DNA of 64,000 nucleotides, from assembly GCA_951406725.2 (NCBI GenBank), contig OX597818.1:8308001-8372000 (forward strand), written 5' to 3'. This DNA is from Octopus vulgaris. Taxonomy: Eukaryota. Both the position numbers and the translations under genes were made by a program. Shown here piece by piece: positions 37,901 to 52,000 of the stretch; position 1 is the first letter of the stretch; each line of letters begins with the position of its first letter. The notes below the pieces were generated by a model. The model saw only the letters and a program-made list of their open reading frames with translations. It was not told the origin of the DNA and did not search any database.

Positions 37901-40149
37901 TTGTTCGTGGTTCATAAAGTAAGTACAGGTTGAGTACTGAGTCGATATCATGAACTCGACCCGTCTTCTAAATTTCCGGGTTTTATACCTGTACTAGAAT
38001 TGTTTAATGTTATTAGTGGTTGTCAATAGTCATATTTTTAATGGTTGCTTTCACTGCATTTCTATGGTTTAACTTGGTTTTTCTCTTCCTGAAATTCTGA
38101 AGTGTCTTCACACAATGTATTTGTAGCAACTATCATTGCTGCTTTCTGTATATCAAGCCTATTGGTATGGCCTGTAATTTTATTTACATTCAATTTTTCT
38201 TATCCTCAAAATACCTATTATTTTTGGTAAGCTTTCTGTTGAAAAGAGTAGGATATATTTTCCTTTATTTGAAGAAATAACTAGTATAAAATTAAATACA
38301 TTATGCAAAATCTCTCACGGAATCAAGTTTGCACAGCCCAGTGATCTGACTTCGTTGTTGTACGCTAAAGTAGCGATGACCTGATGCCAAGTTGAATAAA
38401 ATCGAATACTGAGTATAGATAGACGTCTAAAGTGCATCACCAGTTTGTTTCCAGTTTGTCCTCATGATCAATCTTAGATAATAATCACACGCTACAGCCT
38501 CCAATGTTTCTATTCAGAAATTGTAGTTCCTTTCAGAAATCAGCTACATAATACATCCTAATTTTACTTTCGAGGATTTATGTAAATTCAACTTGTTTTC
38601 TGCTACGAATTTGAAATCAGTTTCCTTACCTTTATTCCATTAAATATCCGAGATAAATTTAATACATTTTACAACATCAAATATTAACAAAATTCATATC
38701 CCTGGATATGCATCACTACCTCCATTCATCTACAGTTAGAAAAAATGCTATTCTGTTAGTTATGCCTTCATTATATTCTGTACCATTTTACCATTTCAAT
38801 TAACCTTTTCACCAAATTTTGTTTCTCAACAATTGTTGGATCTCCTAGTATTTATTTATTTGGTATTTTATTACCATGAAAGGTCGGTATCTAAAAATAA
38901 TTGAAAAAGAAAACATATATAAACACTTCTTGATAATATATCTCCATTGTGATAAGCACTTACTGCCTCTAAAATACAGATGAGTTTGCAATTTTTGATT
39001 TACATCAAATATGTATTCAGTGATAGTTAACAGGAAACCAGTTTTGCCAATTCCAGATAATATATTAGACGTATGAAAATCCCGAAATGTTTTTCTTATT
39101 GTGAAAAGTCACATTCCATAAGGTTATCTGAGAAAAAAGTCACCTTCCGCTGAAAAGCACATCTACATTACTTGCGTTAACTGCTGTATACCGTAATAAA
39201 GGCAATTACAGCTACAAAACGACATTAATGGTAAACGGCAACACCAAAAACGAAAATCACTGTTCCTAAGTTAGGTACATGTCCAGCGATTTTTATTGGC
39301 GGCGGTTAAATGCTTTCTTGCATGCAGTGTATTAATAATAATGCTTTCTTCTTTAGCCGTGGTAATAATCAGCACAGGTTAGTTAGATCATTGAAGAAAC
39401 AATTGTGACTTTGTAACATTGTATAGCGTCTCAATTGTTCTGTACGTTAGTCGTGACTGAAAAGTCATAACAGCACTAGAAATGTGTAACTTCTTCTTGA
39501 GGAAGTTATGCTTGCCAAATAAAGTGAGAGTGTTTATAGACTGTAATGGTCAAACTAATGGCTTTCTCGCTGTCATTCACTACCGGGCTCCATACACCAG
39601 CAACAACGAAATGACTTTAACACAAGCAACAACAATGATATATCCGGCTACTTTATTAGTACTTGAAAGCCTGGTTTTAATCTGTATTACTGTGAGGAAA
39701 TATAGAAGGAATAAAACATAAATACAAATGAAAATAAGCGTCCTCATGAGACATCGCATTTATTGATTTATATTAGTCCAATATTTAAAAGAACGTCTGA
39801 CACCTGAAGAAAAAATTGAGCATTCGAACATATAAAGGGGCGTAAGAATTTCCTCTATCTACTACCCGTTCTGCAGTATGTATATCATAAAAATAGTAAG
39901 GATTTTCAGTATGACTGACATATATACTTAGTTACTTTCCTCAATTTTCTGTTCTTGTCTAAAAATAAAAATTAAAAGATCGATCTTAACTTTTATGTAT
40001 CTAGTTACGGTTACAAATTTACCATTCAATTGCAGTAGTCAACGGACTCTAATAAATCCAAGCGCCAAACTTTCTGACTTATAATGATAGTTCCAAGGAA
40101 AAAATGAACTAAAAAACAAATAATATTGGACATACATACTAATTGCGGA

Positions 40150-41700
40150 TGAGACCAAGGCACAAGCGTCTGTTGTAGGTTTCATCGCTGACGAATTGGG
40201 GCAAGGATTGCTAGGGATTATCGTGATACATCAAAAACCCGGGTATGAGTATAATCTATAAAGTAGTGGGACCCTCGGGCCCTAGTTTTAGGGTTTCAGG
40301 AGTGTGGAACTGGCCATGAGTGTTAGCACCTGTAAGGGTCTCAGGTATGGGTTAACGAGCAAACCCCTGTCATTGGGGTGGGGGAGGTCATTAGAATCGC
40401 CGGATTCCCTGTGTGAACCACTAAAACGGGCAGGAGCGAAATGACTGGGAGTCCTCTCCTAGTAAACCCATGATCCTAAATGGACGGCAAGAAAAAGACA
40501 AGAGTTGAGAGAAGGTTAGCACCAAATCTCACACTAGTACTAGAGTCATGGATTGTGCGTGGATGTAGAACAAGTGAGATAAAGACGAGAGGAGGGAGTG
40601 TAATAATGATGATGGACGTGCTGAAAGATAAGGGGTAGTATCAGTTTGGGGATGAGACTGAACGAGTGTCTGGAGTGAGAGGGAGAGCGTTCGTGGGGGA
40701 GCCACATTGCTGATGACTGAGCGTGTGAAGAAGAGTGTAATAGAGTGGAGGGAAATATCTTGAAGCTTAATGTGGGTTAAGATGAGGTGGGGAGGAGAGA
40801 TGTGTGTGTGTGTTTTAGTACATATGGTCCAGAGAGTGAAAGAAGTAGAGTGGTTCTCGAGGGAAGTGACAGAGTGAGTGGATGGGGTGAGGAAAAACTG
40901 GTTATGTGGTGGCTTGGGTGATTTGAATGCGCGAGTGAGAAATGAGGAAGTAGAACATGTAGTAGTAAAATGTGGAGTTCCTAACTGGAATGTGAGTGGA
41001 AGGAGGTTCTTGGAAGTTTGTATAGAGCAGGAGTTGGTTGTGGGGAATAGTCTTTTCAAAAAGTGGGAGGAGAATAAGTTCACGTGGTCGAGAGTAGAGG
41101 GATGAACAGTAGTGAATAGGAACTTGATGGACAATATATTAATTGATAAAAGTGTGGTAGAAAGTTTGGTGTATGAGAGATAAAGGTGGAAGAGTGTCAG
41201 ATCACTTCTTAGTACAAGATAAGGAGTGCTCAAAATGTAATGCTAGACGAGTGGCAGGGAGGAGAGGTGTTACGACGCTGTGAGAACTGGAAAGGAGACG
41301 TAAGGAGCAAGCGTATGTAGTGAAAGTGAGAGGTGAATATGAACAGGTTAAAGAAGGGGAGGTAGGAGATTGGAGGAGGAGTGGAAGGCTTTTAGAGAGG
41401 CAGTAATGAGAAATGCCTCTGATGTATATGGTACAGTGTTTGGAATGGGTGTGAGGGATGGTAGTGAGTGGTGGAATGGGCAGGTAACGGAAGCAGTGGC
41501 AGAGAAGAAAAGGCCTTTGAAGAGTGGTTGCAGAAAGGGGATGGAGAGGCTTATGATCGCTACAGAGAAGTGAAGAAGTGAACAAGGAGAGTGGTGAGGG
41601 TGTCGAAATGGGAGGCGAGTGAAAGGTTCAGAAAAAAGTTGAGTGAAAATAAAAAGATAATGTTAAAAGATTTAAAAGGCCAAACAATGAAAATAGATTA
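40150..41700 (+). mobile_element. RTE-clade LINE, 5' region and APE endonuclease, truncated before RT
   Basis: GDLNARV..CGVPNWNVSGRRFLEVCIEQELVVGNSLFKK..KFTW, SDH, EEEWKAFREAV..EWWN. Confidence 0.88.
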
Positions 41701-43790
41701 TGTAAGAAGAGGTAACATAAACTAAAAGTAAGTTACCTGGTAATCTTTGGTCTTATATATATACAATATTTCGGGACATACAAGTCCCTTCTTCGGGGTT
41801 AAAAAGGAACTGTCCTTGGTATGATGTTTTTTTGTCGGAGATAAAATAATTCTATGATTATATTTGAATTTTCTTGCGTTTCTCTTCCTTGTGAATATTA
41901 GTAACGTCAGTTATTAAATTATCGCTCCTCAAATCAATTTTCATCACGTCTTTTCTAATATGTAGCAAATGTGCCTGTGCGTGTATGTCATGTTCTGTAT
42001 TGCGTGCTAAGATCCAATCTATTATTTATTTGTGGGTTTAATTTATAGATAATCAAAGCTTCCTTAATTCTTAAGTTGCCGAGGTTTCTATCATTGGCTT
42101 CAGTACTGATTTTAATTTGTTTGTTATTTTTACATTTATCAATGTGATTTTTGAATGGGGAGATGTGTGCTGAGATGTTCCTTAATGCGAGTTTGCAAAG
42201 TTCGAGTTGTGCTGCCTATATAAAACGCCTTACATTCGTTGCATTCTATTCGGTATACTGCATGTGTCCGCTGGCACATACCTGTATCACGGTTAGGAGA
42301 GTTAGTTTATGATCATTGATTGTTGTCTCAAGATTGCTTTTTATTCAGCTATCCGCGCAGAGAGGGGCCGGAATATGCTAATTGTATGTCTAGTCCTTCG
42401 TTGCGTATGACTCTACGAATTGCTGTAGTTATGCTTTCATTGAAATGTGGTAATTCCATGAAGCAGGTGTTAAGGAAGGTCTTATGTCTGCGGCGCTTTT
42501 GGCTTTTAATTCGGTTTATTATGACATTAATACTAAGCTGCAGCAACACGTGGCAGTAACGTCTTTCTCGACAAAGCTTTTTGAATATAACAGCAAAAAT
42601 GAGACCGACTAAGTCTTTTTTTATTTAAGCATTATATGATGGGTCACGAAAGTCTGCACAGATCACCCTTTTCTTTTCGTGGAGTTTACAAATGTGCAGA
42701 GAATATCCCCTGCCAAGGTTGTTAAATGCACGGAACTATAAGATGGTACCATACAAAAAGACATATATCTGGCCCAGGCCGCAATAACTTATCAGACGGG
42801 AAAATTCACGGGCAGAAAGACAAGAAAACTGTATTTCCATAAGCATAATTCGTCAGAGACAGCAAGTCAGACGGACGTGGAAGGAACGCTGGAAAAAACG
42901 ATGACTGGCATTTAGCATATCTCGAAAACCAAGAAATTTTCGAGCATTTCAGTGAACATCAGACTGAATCTCTGACCATGAAACACCCCGTGGTTCCCTT
43001 TGGTGCAAAAAATGTTCTCCAGCCATCGCATTTTGGAACAAGGACAGTGGGAGTGAAGATTTCAGAAATGCCACCTGACGTAAATGTATGGTGTATTTTA
43101 GCGTGCATTTTATTTAAAGATATTCAGACTCCTAGAATTCTTGCTCTCCCACTCCTTGTGAAAGCAACATCATCCGTTTGTCAGACGGTCCATATGTTTA
43201 CCAGGCATCCCGTGGCTAATGATGCGCAGGTATGTGCTTAGGCTGCGACATCGCCGACGTCTCATCGAGACTGAAGCACGTGTTCACCGTTTGCTACACA
43301 ATATTTTCCACAGCTCGTTTCATTGACGGAACTACAGTCCTGGATAAATTGTAGACCGAGAAAGGGCGTTCAGTCCTTGCTCAATTGGGCAAGCGGTCGG
43401 TGGAATATTCAAATTTGAATTATATAGGGGAATGTGAATGAGTCCACTCTGAGTCTACACCTGTATGCCTAAGGACGGGATGGGGGTGAGAAGGAGAGAG
43501 GTGCTCACCTGAGATGTCTTTTGTAGTCGGGGAGACCGGAATATGTTAGATTTCTTAGTTTACAAGATGTAAAATTTGTCGATGAAGATATTTTAGATAC
43601 GACAATGTTAGTTACAGCAATGGTTATAATATGATAAATTAATTAGAGAGATGATTATTACAAAATAAGAAGAATGATAACGAGCATTTCGCTGCGACAA
43701 TAACGCTGCTGAATATATTCATAAGAAAGACGATTTTTTTAATATGATAAATACAATGCTAGTGATAGTTATCGTATAAGAAAAAATATT
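41700..43790 (-). mobile_element. Penelope-like element remnant (GIY-YIG end, pLTR, probable N-terminal piece) with an unassigned internal segment
   Basis: VYRIECNECKAFYIGSTTRTLQTRIK at ~42180-42260; hammerhead-like motif at 41764-41798. Extent beyond 42550 is uncertain. Confidence 0.7.
41764..41798 (-). ncRNA. Hammerhead-like motif in Penelope pLTR (core variant CCGAAGA)
   Basis: CCGAAGA-A-GGGAC-UUGUAU-GUCCC-GAAAUAUUG: perfect 5-bp helix II, palindromic AAUAUU. Confidence 0.55.
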
Positions 43791-44859
43791 CTTTGTTTTA
43801 ATGACAGTAGTTATGATACCATAATAAAATTTGTCTTCGTCATCATTCTATGTACATATGCATGGATAAACAGCTTCCTAAGTTCTACTTAACATCCACA
43901 TATCGTTGTTTGCAAACCAGGAACAAGTACCGAAACCAGCACCAAATAAATAATTCTTTTTCTCTGTAACTAAGGTAACTACTTATTTGGTCAATGAATA
44001 ACAAACAATCTTCCTCATTTTAAAATGTCAGTTATTTGAAACTGTATGCATAAAACAAGATTTAGGTTATATATTTTATTTCCACCTCTGGGAATTTTCA
44101 TTTGTATAACACTAGAAATAAAAATATATGTAGCACGGAAGGAGTGAAAACTGATCTGGTATTACACATGAATAAATATGTGTGCAACACATGAGCATAT
44201 ACTAATTCAGGCGAGTGTTGTGTAAGGGTAAGCACGCTTAGCTTAATGCTGGTGATGCATAAACTAGAAAGTATATTTTATGGGAACACATATACATATA
44301 TCACTTTTGTCTGCAGTACTAGAAAGAATGTGTTGGTGCGTGTGTACATGCACACACAAGCACACGCACGCGCACGCACACACACATAAATGAGGTATAT
44401 TTGTGCGTGTAACTTTATTATTGATTGTAATGCCCCTGTTACAGTTGTTGCTGTTGTATGATATATATATATATGTGTGTGCATGAGTGTAGATATGCGT
44501 GTATTTATCCTTGCATTTGTACATATGTGTGACTGTATAGTAATACAACACAATACGAACAAAAGTACGTACTCAGGTCTACTAAAATGCCGGGCCAATT
44601 TTCATGAGATTATATATGGTCACTGAATATGCAAGAAGTAGCACAGTATCACATTCGAATCGCACCTTAGTGTCTTTAAATTGCAGAGATCCATATAACA
44701 CATTTCTATATAATTGTCCTTGACTCCAAGCGGGATTGGCAATTCATCGGCAAATAACAGAGGATTTCTCGATCGAATCTAGCATACGTCAAACAACATC
44801 AAGTGAAAATTTCTATTCGAAAAGCATCGATCAGTTTTTAACAGAATGATGAATCAATA

Positions 44860-47430
44860 GACAAAGCCAGACAAAATAGTGTCCTGAGTGAAGCCCCTCG
44901 TTGTATCTATCGTACTTTTTCAAAGCTAATATCGCAGCTGTTACAAGGTGGCGAGCTGGCAGAAACGTTAGTACGACGGGTGAAATACTTAGCGGAATTT
45001 CCTATATCTTTACGTTCCGAGTTCAAATTCCCCAGACTTTACCTTTCAACCTTCCGGGCTCGATAAATTAAGTACGAGTAGCGCACTGGGGTCGATCTAA
45101 TCGACTGGCTCCCTCCCACAGAAGTTCGGATCTTGTGCCTAGAGTAGAAAAAATATCGCAGTTGTTACTGTACTTTGTCTTTCTCAGTCCACTGCAGTTT
45201 TCCTTTCCCTGCAGCTAGTCCCTGCCGATGATATTTTCAATAGGTGTTGTGCATTGTCGGCAGTCTCTTAGTTCTCAGTTCTGTTATCTTTGTTTTCCTT
45301 AGCTATGTCTTTGTCACTTTTATTGAAGGGGTAATGTATCTTATTACTGGAATGACTGATGTTTTGATTGCTTTGATATTTCCTGCGTTTGTGTTGTTTA
45401 GAGTACATTCCAAATTTTCTTTTTCAGTTTGGAGATCTCTCTTTCCTTTCCCATTCTTTATCCTATTATCTCACATCATGCCTCTGTACTTGTGTCCTTC
45501 GTTATTTCTCAACTTTGTAATGGTATTATTTTCTGGAAATTTTATGCCATCAGAATTTATATTGCAGTCTATCTTCATATTTAGCTCTGCATTTATTTAC
45601 TCCAAACTGTATCCCAATATCCTTGATTAATACTCTTTCTGTGTGAATTAGAGAATCCAGAACGTTTTCAATATTTTGCATTTCACTTTTTTTCCGATCC
45701 ACAGTTCATGCTCTATAACCGATTGTTGCTGTTCTTCCATTACTTCGATATTATTTCTTGAATTGCGTACTCCCCACTTACAATTTTCTCCATGTCTTCG
45801 AGTTTTATATCGTTTCCAGAATTCCCAAATACATATGCACAAGTAATTTTATCAATTCTTTATCTGCACATATAGTATTTTGAATACCTGACTTCTTTCA
45901 TACCTTTCTCTCGTTTCGTTATCAAAATGGTCTTTTCGAAACCGAATTCCATTACTAGATCATATTAGAAAATTGCAATACCTTGCAAAATATTTTCTGG
46001 CTGCTTCTCAATTTTGGCATAAACCTTTCAATCATCCATGAACACGATTTATTTGACCATACTCATATTTCTCAAAAGCTATTTTGATTTACCATAATAT
46101 AAGACTGTGCACTATCATGTTCTATATAAATAGTAACTTTGAAAGTTATCACATCTGATATTCACCTTCACAAACTCTTTCCTTCACTAAAGTCAGTGCG
46201 CAAATATTTCATGCTTTCCTTAACCAGTTACCTCATGCTTTCTACCATTTCATACATTGTCATCCTTTTACTTATCAATCGCTGCGGCATCAAGCTACAT
46301 TCCTTGTTTTTGTAATGCAGCCACGACACATCCTATTCCATCTCTTTGTGTTTGACATTGTATCAACTACAATCTGATCCATAGTTGTCGTACTTAGTCT
46401 TCTGCACCCTTTCTGTTTCACTGAAGGTAAAATATTTTTTTCCCACATGTTTGTATAACTGTCAAGACACCGGTCATAAACTTCCACATATGCATCAAAC
46501 AAGTTATGACAATAATTTATCTTTCATTAGGTCGACCTTCATTTGAGAACTTGTTTCTTCTGTAGTCACTAATGAAGGTGTGCTGTGATGCTTTCATCCA
46601 ATCGTATGCATGTTAGTCTTGCACTCCATCGAGGCCACATCCATTCCAGTTTTTAAACTTCAATCTCGCCGATTACAGGTCAACATTGACATACTCTAGT
46701 AATTTCTTAATAATTTCTCTCCACACCTCTGTTAGACACTCAGCACTTTCTATATATCTCACTGACCTATTCCCCATTTCTCCAAAACGCTTATAGTTCT
46801 CCGTGTTAGAAATTACTTCCTTATGCTTTTCTCTCCCTATCTCCCGAAAACAATTGTCTTCTATTTCATTGAGACAAACTATTCTGTTTCAAACCATTGC
46901 ATTTAATATCATGTGTTTCGCAGTATGTAATCGTTTTCACCAAATATTTTACTTCGCAAATTCCTAGGATCTCTTTTTCATCGTCCAAGTCTTCTTCAAC
47001 ACTTATTATCATTCATCAAGCTTCCCCATATTCACTAGGTACACCATTCAACAATCTCAGGTAAAACATGATTCATTCATTTTCATTTCTTCATATCCTA
47101 CCCCTTCATTTCCACTTACTACTTCCCATGATTCACACCATACTCGGTCATTTTCTTTCCCTATAATCCAAACGTTTATTCGAATTGTCATTGTCTAGCG
47201 TATCTGTAGTTGGTGGGAAGCATATTCTCTCCATTTGATTCATGAGACCACTTTTCTTTCGCTCACTTCTCAGTCAAAATTCAATTGTTTACTTCTAATA
47301 CTCGGTCCATTTCTCTCACAGTGCATTTTGATTTCGATCCTAATCGTGATGAATGGTTTGCAAACGACCTCCCGGGGCTTGACCACACATTCCGTGGCCC
47401 TCTGGCACAACAGCTATACTGTAGACGGTT
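44860..47430 (-). mobile_element. Highly decayed Dong/R4-type LINE (RT and 3' end)
   Basis: KDIGIQFGVNKC (DIGM.FG..KC RT motif) and other degenerate RLE-LINE motifs. Boundaries approximate. Confidence 0.6.
44945..45151 (+). mobile_element. SINE with 17-bp TSD
   Basis: AAGGTGGCGAGCTGGCAGAAACGTTAG...GAGTTCAAATTC. Flanked by AATATCGCAGCTGTTAC (44928-44944) and AATATCGCAGTTGTTAC (45152-45168). Confidence 0.92.
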
Positions 47431-47629
47431 ATGGCCCTGCTGGCTCAGTTATGAATAATTTAGTTTGATATCTTGTGTTTGTATCTGTATTTGCAACTCA
47501 ATATGATACGATCACTAGTTTTAAAGTAGCGTTTCTAAAGTTGTGTAATAGCCAGTACATTTATAGTAACACGATCACTATGTGGATTACCAACCAAATT
47601 TAAGAACGTCCTACACCACCTAATGTATA

Positions 47630-47815
47630 TGTTCGATGGCCGTTGACTCTCATGTGTTGCTCTGCCTTTTGGTGGGTTTTGTTTTCCATTCTTCTGAGTT
47701 CAAATCATATGGAGGTCGACTTTGCATTTCATCCTTGTCATCGACTAGTCCTTTCCTTTAAAATTACTGGGCTTTTGACAAAATTCCAAAACAGTCCTCA
47801 TCGTCGTCGTCGTCG

Positions 47816-47882
<67 letters not shown>

Positions 47883-47885
47883 AGT
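47630..47885 (+). repeat. SINE fragment followed by (CGT)n-(CAT)n microsatellite
   Basis: TTCTGAGTTCAAATC..GGAGGTCGACTTTGCATTTCATCCTT, then a CAT array at 47815-47882. Confidence 0.8.
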
Positions 47886-49006
47886 CATCCTGGTGGTTTC
47901 TTTTGTTATTACTAATATTTATTACTACTGTAAACGGAAATATATTTGACAAATATGTAAAAACAATGTCAAATACATTTTAACTGTTGCTGTTGCTTTG
48001 TTGATTCAGACTGTTTTTCTGGTGTGTTTACTGTTTATAAGTTTTCTGAATTTTTTACGGAAATGCAATTCTACTGGCTTCCATAGAATATATAATTATA
48101 CAGTGAAGGAATATATTCTTTTCATAGTTTAAAACCTTTTTATATTTCTTGTTCACATTTTGTATTAAGGTTTTCCATTTCTATGTTTGTAAAGAAAAAA
48201 GGTAAAAAGATGAAATTATATTTCTGGAATAGAAATGAATAGAAAAAGATACAGCAGCTCTTATGACACTCTACTACATCCTATATCAAATAATCAAACG
48301 GAATGAACCAGAAAAAAAGTATTTTTTGAATTTCGTCTTAATATCAGATATTCATAAAATTGCTATAGATGCATCGATAACGGTTGGAATTTTCTTGTGC
48401 ATAATTTGAAACCTTAGCATTGTTTAAGACACCTAGGTAGATTCTGCATTATTGGAGGATTAGGTCTACAATAAGAAGGATGCCTTAAGTAAATATATTA
48501 AGCATTTGCTATATACAGAGTACATCATTCATTGACAAATCCAGACGCACCTTACTAACTCACAGAGAATATTACCAACTAGTTGAGAAGAAAGATGCTC
48601 TCTCATTGCTCAGTATTTTCAGGTGCTCACTATGCTAAAAGATATTTCTTAAGCGCCGATCGAAGAGAAACAATGAAATTTAAGTTTCTCACAATCTCCC
48701 TTTTATGTAAGAATGATATTGCTGGAAGTCAATCTTTGTATTACTTGTTGAATGTAAACAGTACCTAAATAGTGTTTGAAGAAAGTTTAGAGGATTTCAT
48801 TTCTGTTGATGAAAAAAGAACCTGTGAACTGCATCGTGCAGGATTTGACTATTAAGACAGATTGCAAGTCATTCGAGGTACGTTGGTATATTCTAGTAGA
48901 GATTGGTCAGCAGTAATACTTAAGAGGTAAAGTTTTGCCCTGCAAATTTTTCATGGATAATCTATTTGATACTGAGACGTAATACATCATGATTCATTTC
49001 TGTAGC

Positions 49007-49046
<40 letters not shown>

Positions 49047-52000
49047 TTATATCTTATTTAACATGAGTATACTATCAAAATTATCTCATACGAGCATATA
49101 AAGCTAAAAACCACAAACGTGTATCACAGAAAACGAAGATCATTCAGTACTGGTGGTGAAATTGCTAAATCTTCTGTTTCTCTGCATGTCAACAGTATCA
49201 GGTATCCACAATAAGCCCGTGCTTTGAGAAAAATAGTGTGTACTGATGTATAGATAAACAGTGATTAAGTGTTCATTGAGATTTGAAATAGTTGGCAAAT
49301 AAGGTAAAAATTCTCAATTAGCAACGGAAATTATATTCATTCAGAATAACATCCTGTATATCTTAATTAACCTGAATGTACCACCGAAAGACACAAAATT
49401 GCTGTCTAAATTTGTCTAAGCATGCTTGAAATATTATGGTTAAAATCAAACTATTTTACAGGTATACCCTGGCGGTAACCAATAGTTGTATGCAGAACAG
49501 ATACTTTACGAGTGTTTTAATGATAATTTCGTGCACTTACCATCATAATAATTTCAATTAAAATACTTGGTCAAAGAAGAAAAATATCAATATTGTTTCA
49601 AAGTCTAATATCTTATTAATAATTTCAGTATTAACGACATACGATACGAGATATGTTCACATCTCATGAGTTTACCCAGGGAACTACAGGTATTACATTA
49701 TGTGCCTATGCAGTGATTAGAGATGCAGTAAGTAAAAATAAACACTGATAACATGTAGGTATGAACATTAACATCCTTCAAAAGATAAATCATGTTCATT
49801 AATTAATCTGAATTCACACCAGTATGAAACTTGTTAACATCCTACATTGCATTGAAAATAGGTCAACAGAATAGCAAAAATGTACCCTGGAGCATTGTGC
49901 AAAAGTGGCTAAAGTATGTTCCTACACTCCAAACAAGCGCACACATTTCATTCACCATTTATCCTTGATGGTCCCCTCTGAAATTGTTGTTCCTTCCTTG
50001 AAACACACCATTTTTGATTACAGATGTTTGAGTATGGAACTTCAAACTCATTAATAAAATATCCATTATATACATAGACTAGAAGAAGTGAAAACGATCA
50101 CAAGATGGCTGCTCTTCCGCAGGCAGGTTCACACAGAAAGGCAAACTTTGAAAGTAAATTTTCTGCAATTCTGTTTCATCCAGTTATTTGAGTTTACACA
50201 TTTGCATAATAAGTCAACTGAGTAAATGTAAAGACCATTTTTAAACTATGATTTTAAATAGCAATGCAAATAAATCATTTCAATGATATTTTGCTTATCT
50301 ATAAATTAATAATGAAACAACATCTGAACCAAAATCTTATTTCTGAACTACTTCGCCCCAATAGCAACACGATAATTAGGAGATATACAGTATAGGTAAT
50401 TCAATCTGAAGTAGCTGAAAGATAGTGTTTTTCTTCACAAATTACTACTTACAATTTTCTGTGCAAATCTACAATTTATTTTTAAAACATTTGTTTGTAT
50501 CTAGCATCAGTTACTTTTAACTACTTGTGAAGCAAAATGTGCATTGTTAAGGGAGTTTATGTATTAATATTGCCACTGCATTTTACTCTTATCTGGGACA
50601 ATATTTACAAATATCTACCTTTTGTTTTCTAAGTTATTTGAGAGAGAAAATTATTATTTATGAAGATATTTCCTATATATTCCTGAAAACTGATTCGCCT
50701 TCTGGCCATTGTATCTGCATTCGAAACTAGAACATGAGCTAATGTACTTTGTGATACACAAAACTAGAATGTAGGACAGATGACGACGGTTTGAATGCCT
50801 TTAGTTATTTGCCAGGCAGTTATCTGTCTCTAACATGCTTCGGTAAGAATTAGTTCGAGAATATAAGATCTAATCTTGACTCCAAATTTTTTTTTTCTTT
50901 AGGTTACAATTTACCACTATGTTTACTAAAAGGTATACTACCTCACGATTCTGTTAAAATTCCGAACTGTTAAGCAATTCTGCGAACGTAGAAGTATTTT
51001 TCTTGCATATTCTTTCATCTCTGAAGCAAAACGCATCATTTTTCGGCGCAAATTAAATCCGATTTTGTTCGATTACTCCACCGGGGTAATTCCTTTTCTT
51101 GAAAAAAAAAATGACACCCAACTTAAAACATAATTGATGATCAGAGGCGTGTACAAATGACTTGGAGCGAAAACTTAAATGCAATGGGAAAAGAAAAACA
51201 AAGGGAGACATAAAAAGGCAAAGAGAGAGAGAGAGAGAGATGTAGAAAAGAGAAGTGAGAGACATAGAATTTGGGAGAGAAAAAGCAAGAGAGAGAGAGA
51301 GAGAGAGAGGGAGGGAGGGAAATGAAAGCGCCAATGCCCTCTTTAATAACAGAACCACTGTTCTAGCCACGGCAACGACGTCATGAAGAAAAACACCTTG
51401 CAGTTTACTTGGGACAACTCAGATACTGAAAGATAAACAGTCGAACAAGTGCCACGCCAGTGAACGCAATCATAACAAGGAGATTAGAGAGAACATTATG
51501 TGTGCTTCTATAAGTAAAACTGATCACGCAGACAATTTACCACAAGCAAGAATATATAAACAAATATAATTGCGTTATTACGTGTTTAAGTTTCATAAAA
51601 TATTTCGTCGCTAACGTTCATAGCATATTAGTAAACAAATATTAATAAATAAAAGTAGAAACATTAGTAAAGAAAACTAGAAAACGATAATATCCACAGT
51701 CCCAAAAAAATTGGAAGATTCTTTAGAGTTTGGTCTCCTTGTACATCGCAAGAATGATAACTATTTATATATAGTATGACGTGTGACTAAAGTACGAGTC
51801 ACCGGTATGACCCCCAACCACCATCTACAGGGGCTACAATGGAAGAGCCCAAAAAGGTTATAGCACACTAGTCAACTTTCTAAAAGAAAAAAATATAAGA
51901 GCATGTCTCTTGTGTTACACGTGTTTCCTGACACCTGAGAAATTAACTGACACACAGACGTCTGGTTGGTCGAAGGGTGCGAGCTAGTGCATGAGGTATT

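Noticed and set aside
40529-41233. 234-aa minus-strand ORF, the longest in the track
   Set aside because: Antisense shadow of the purine-rich RTE endonuclease region.
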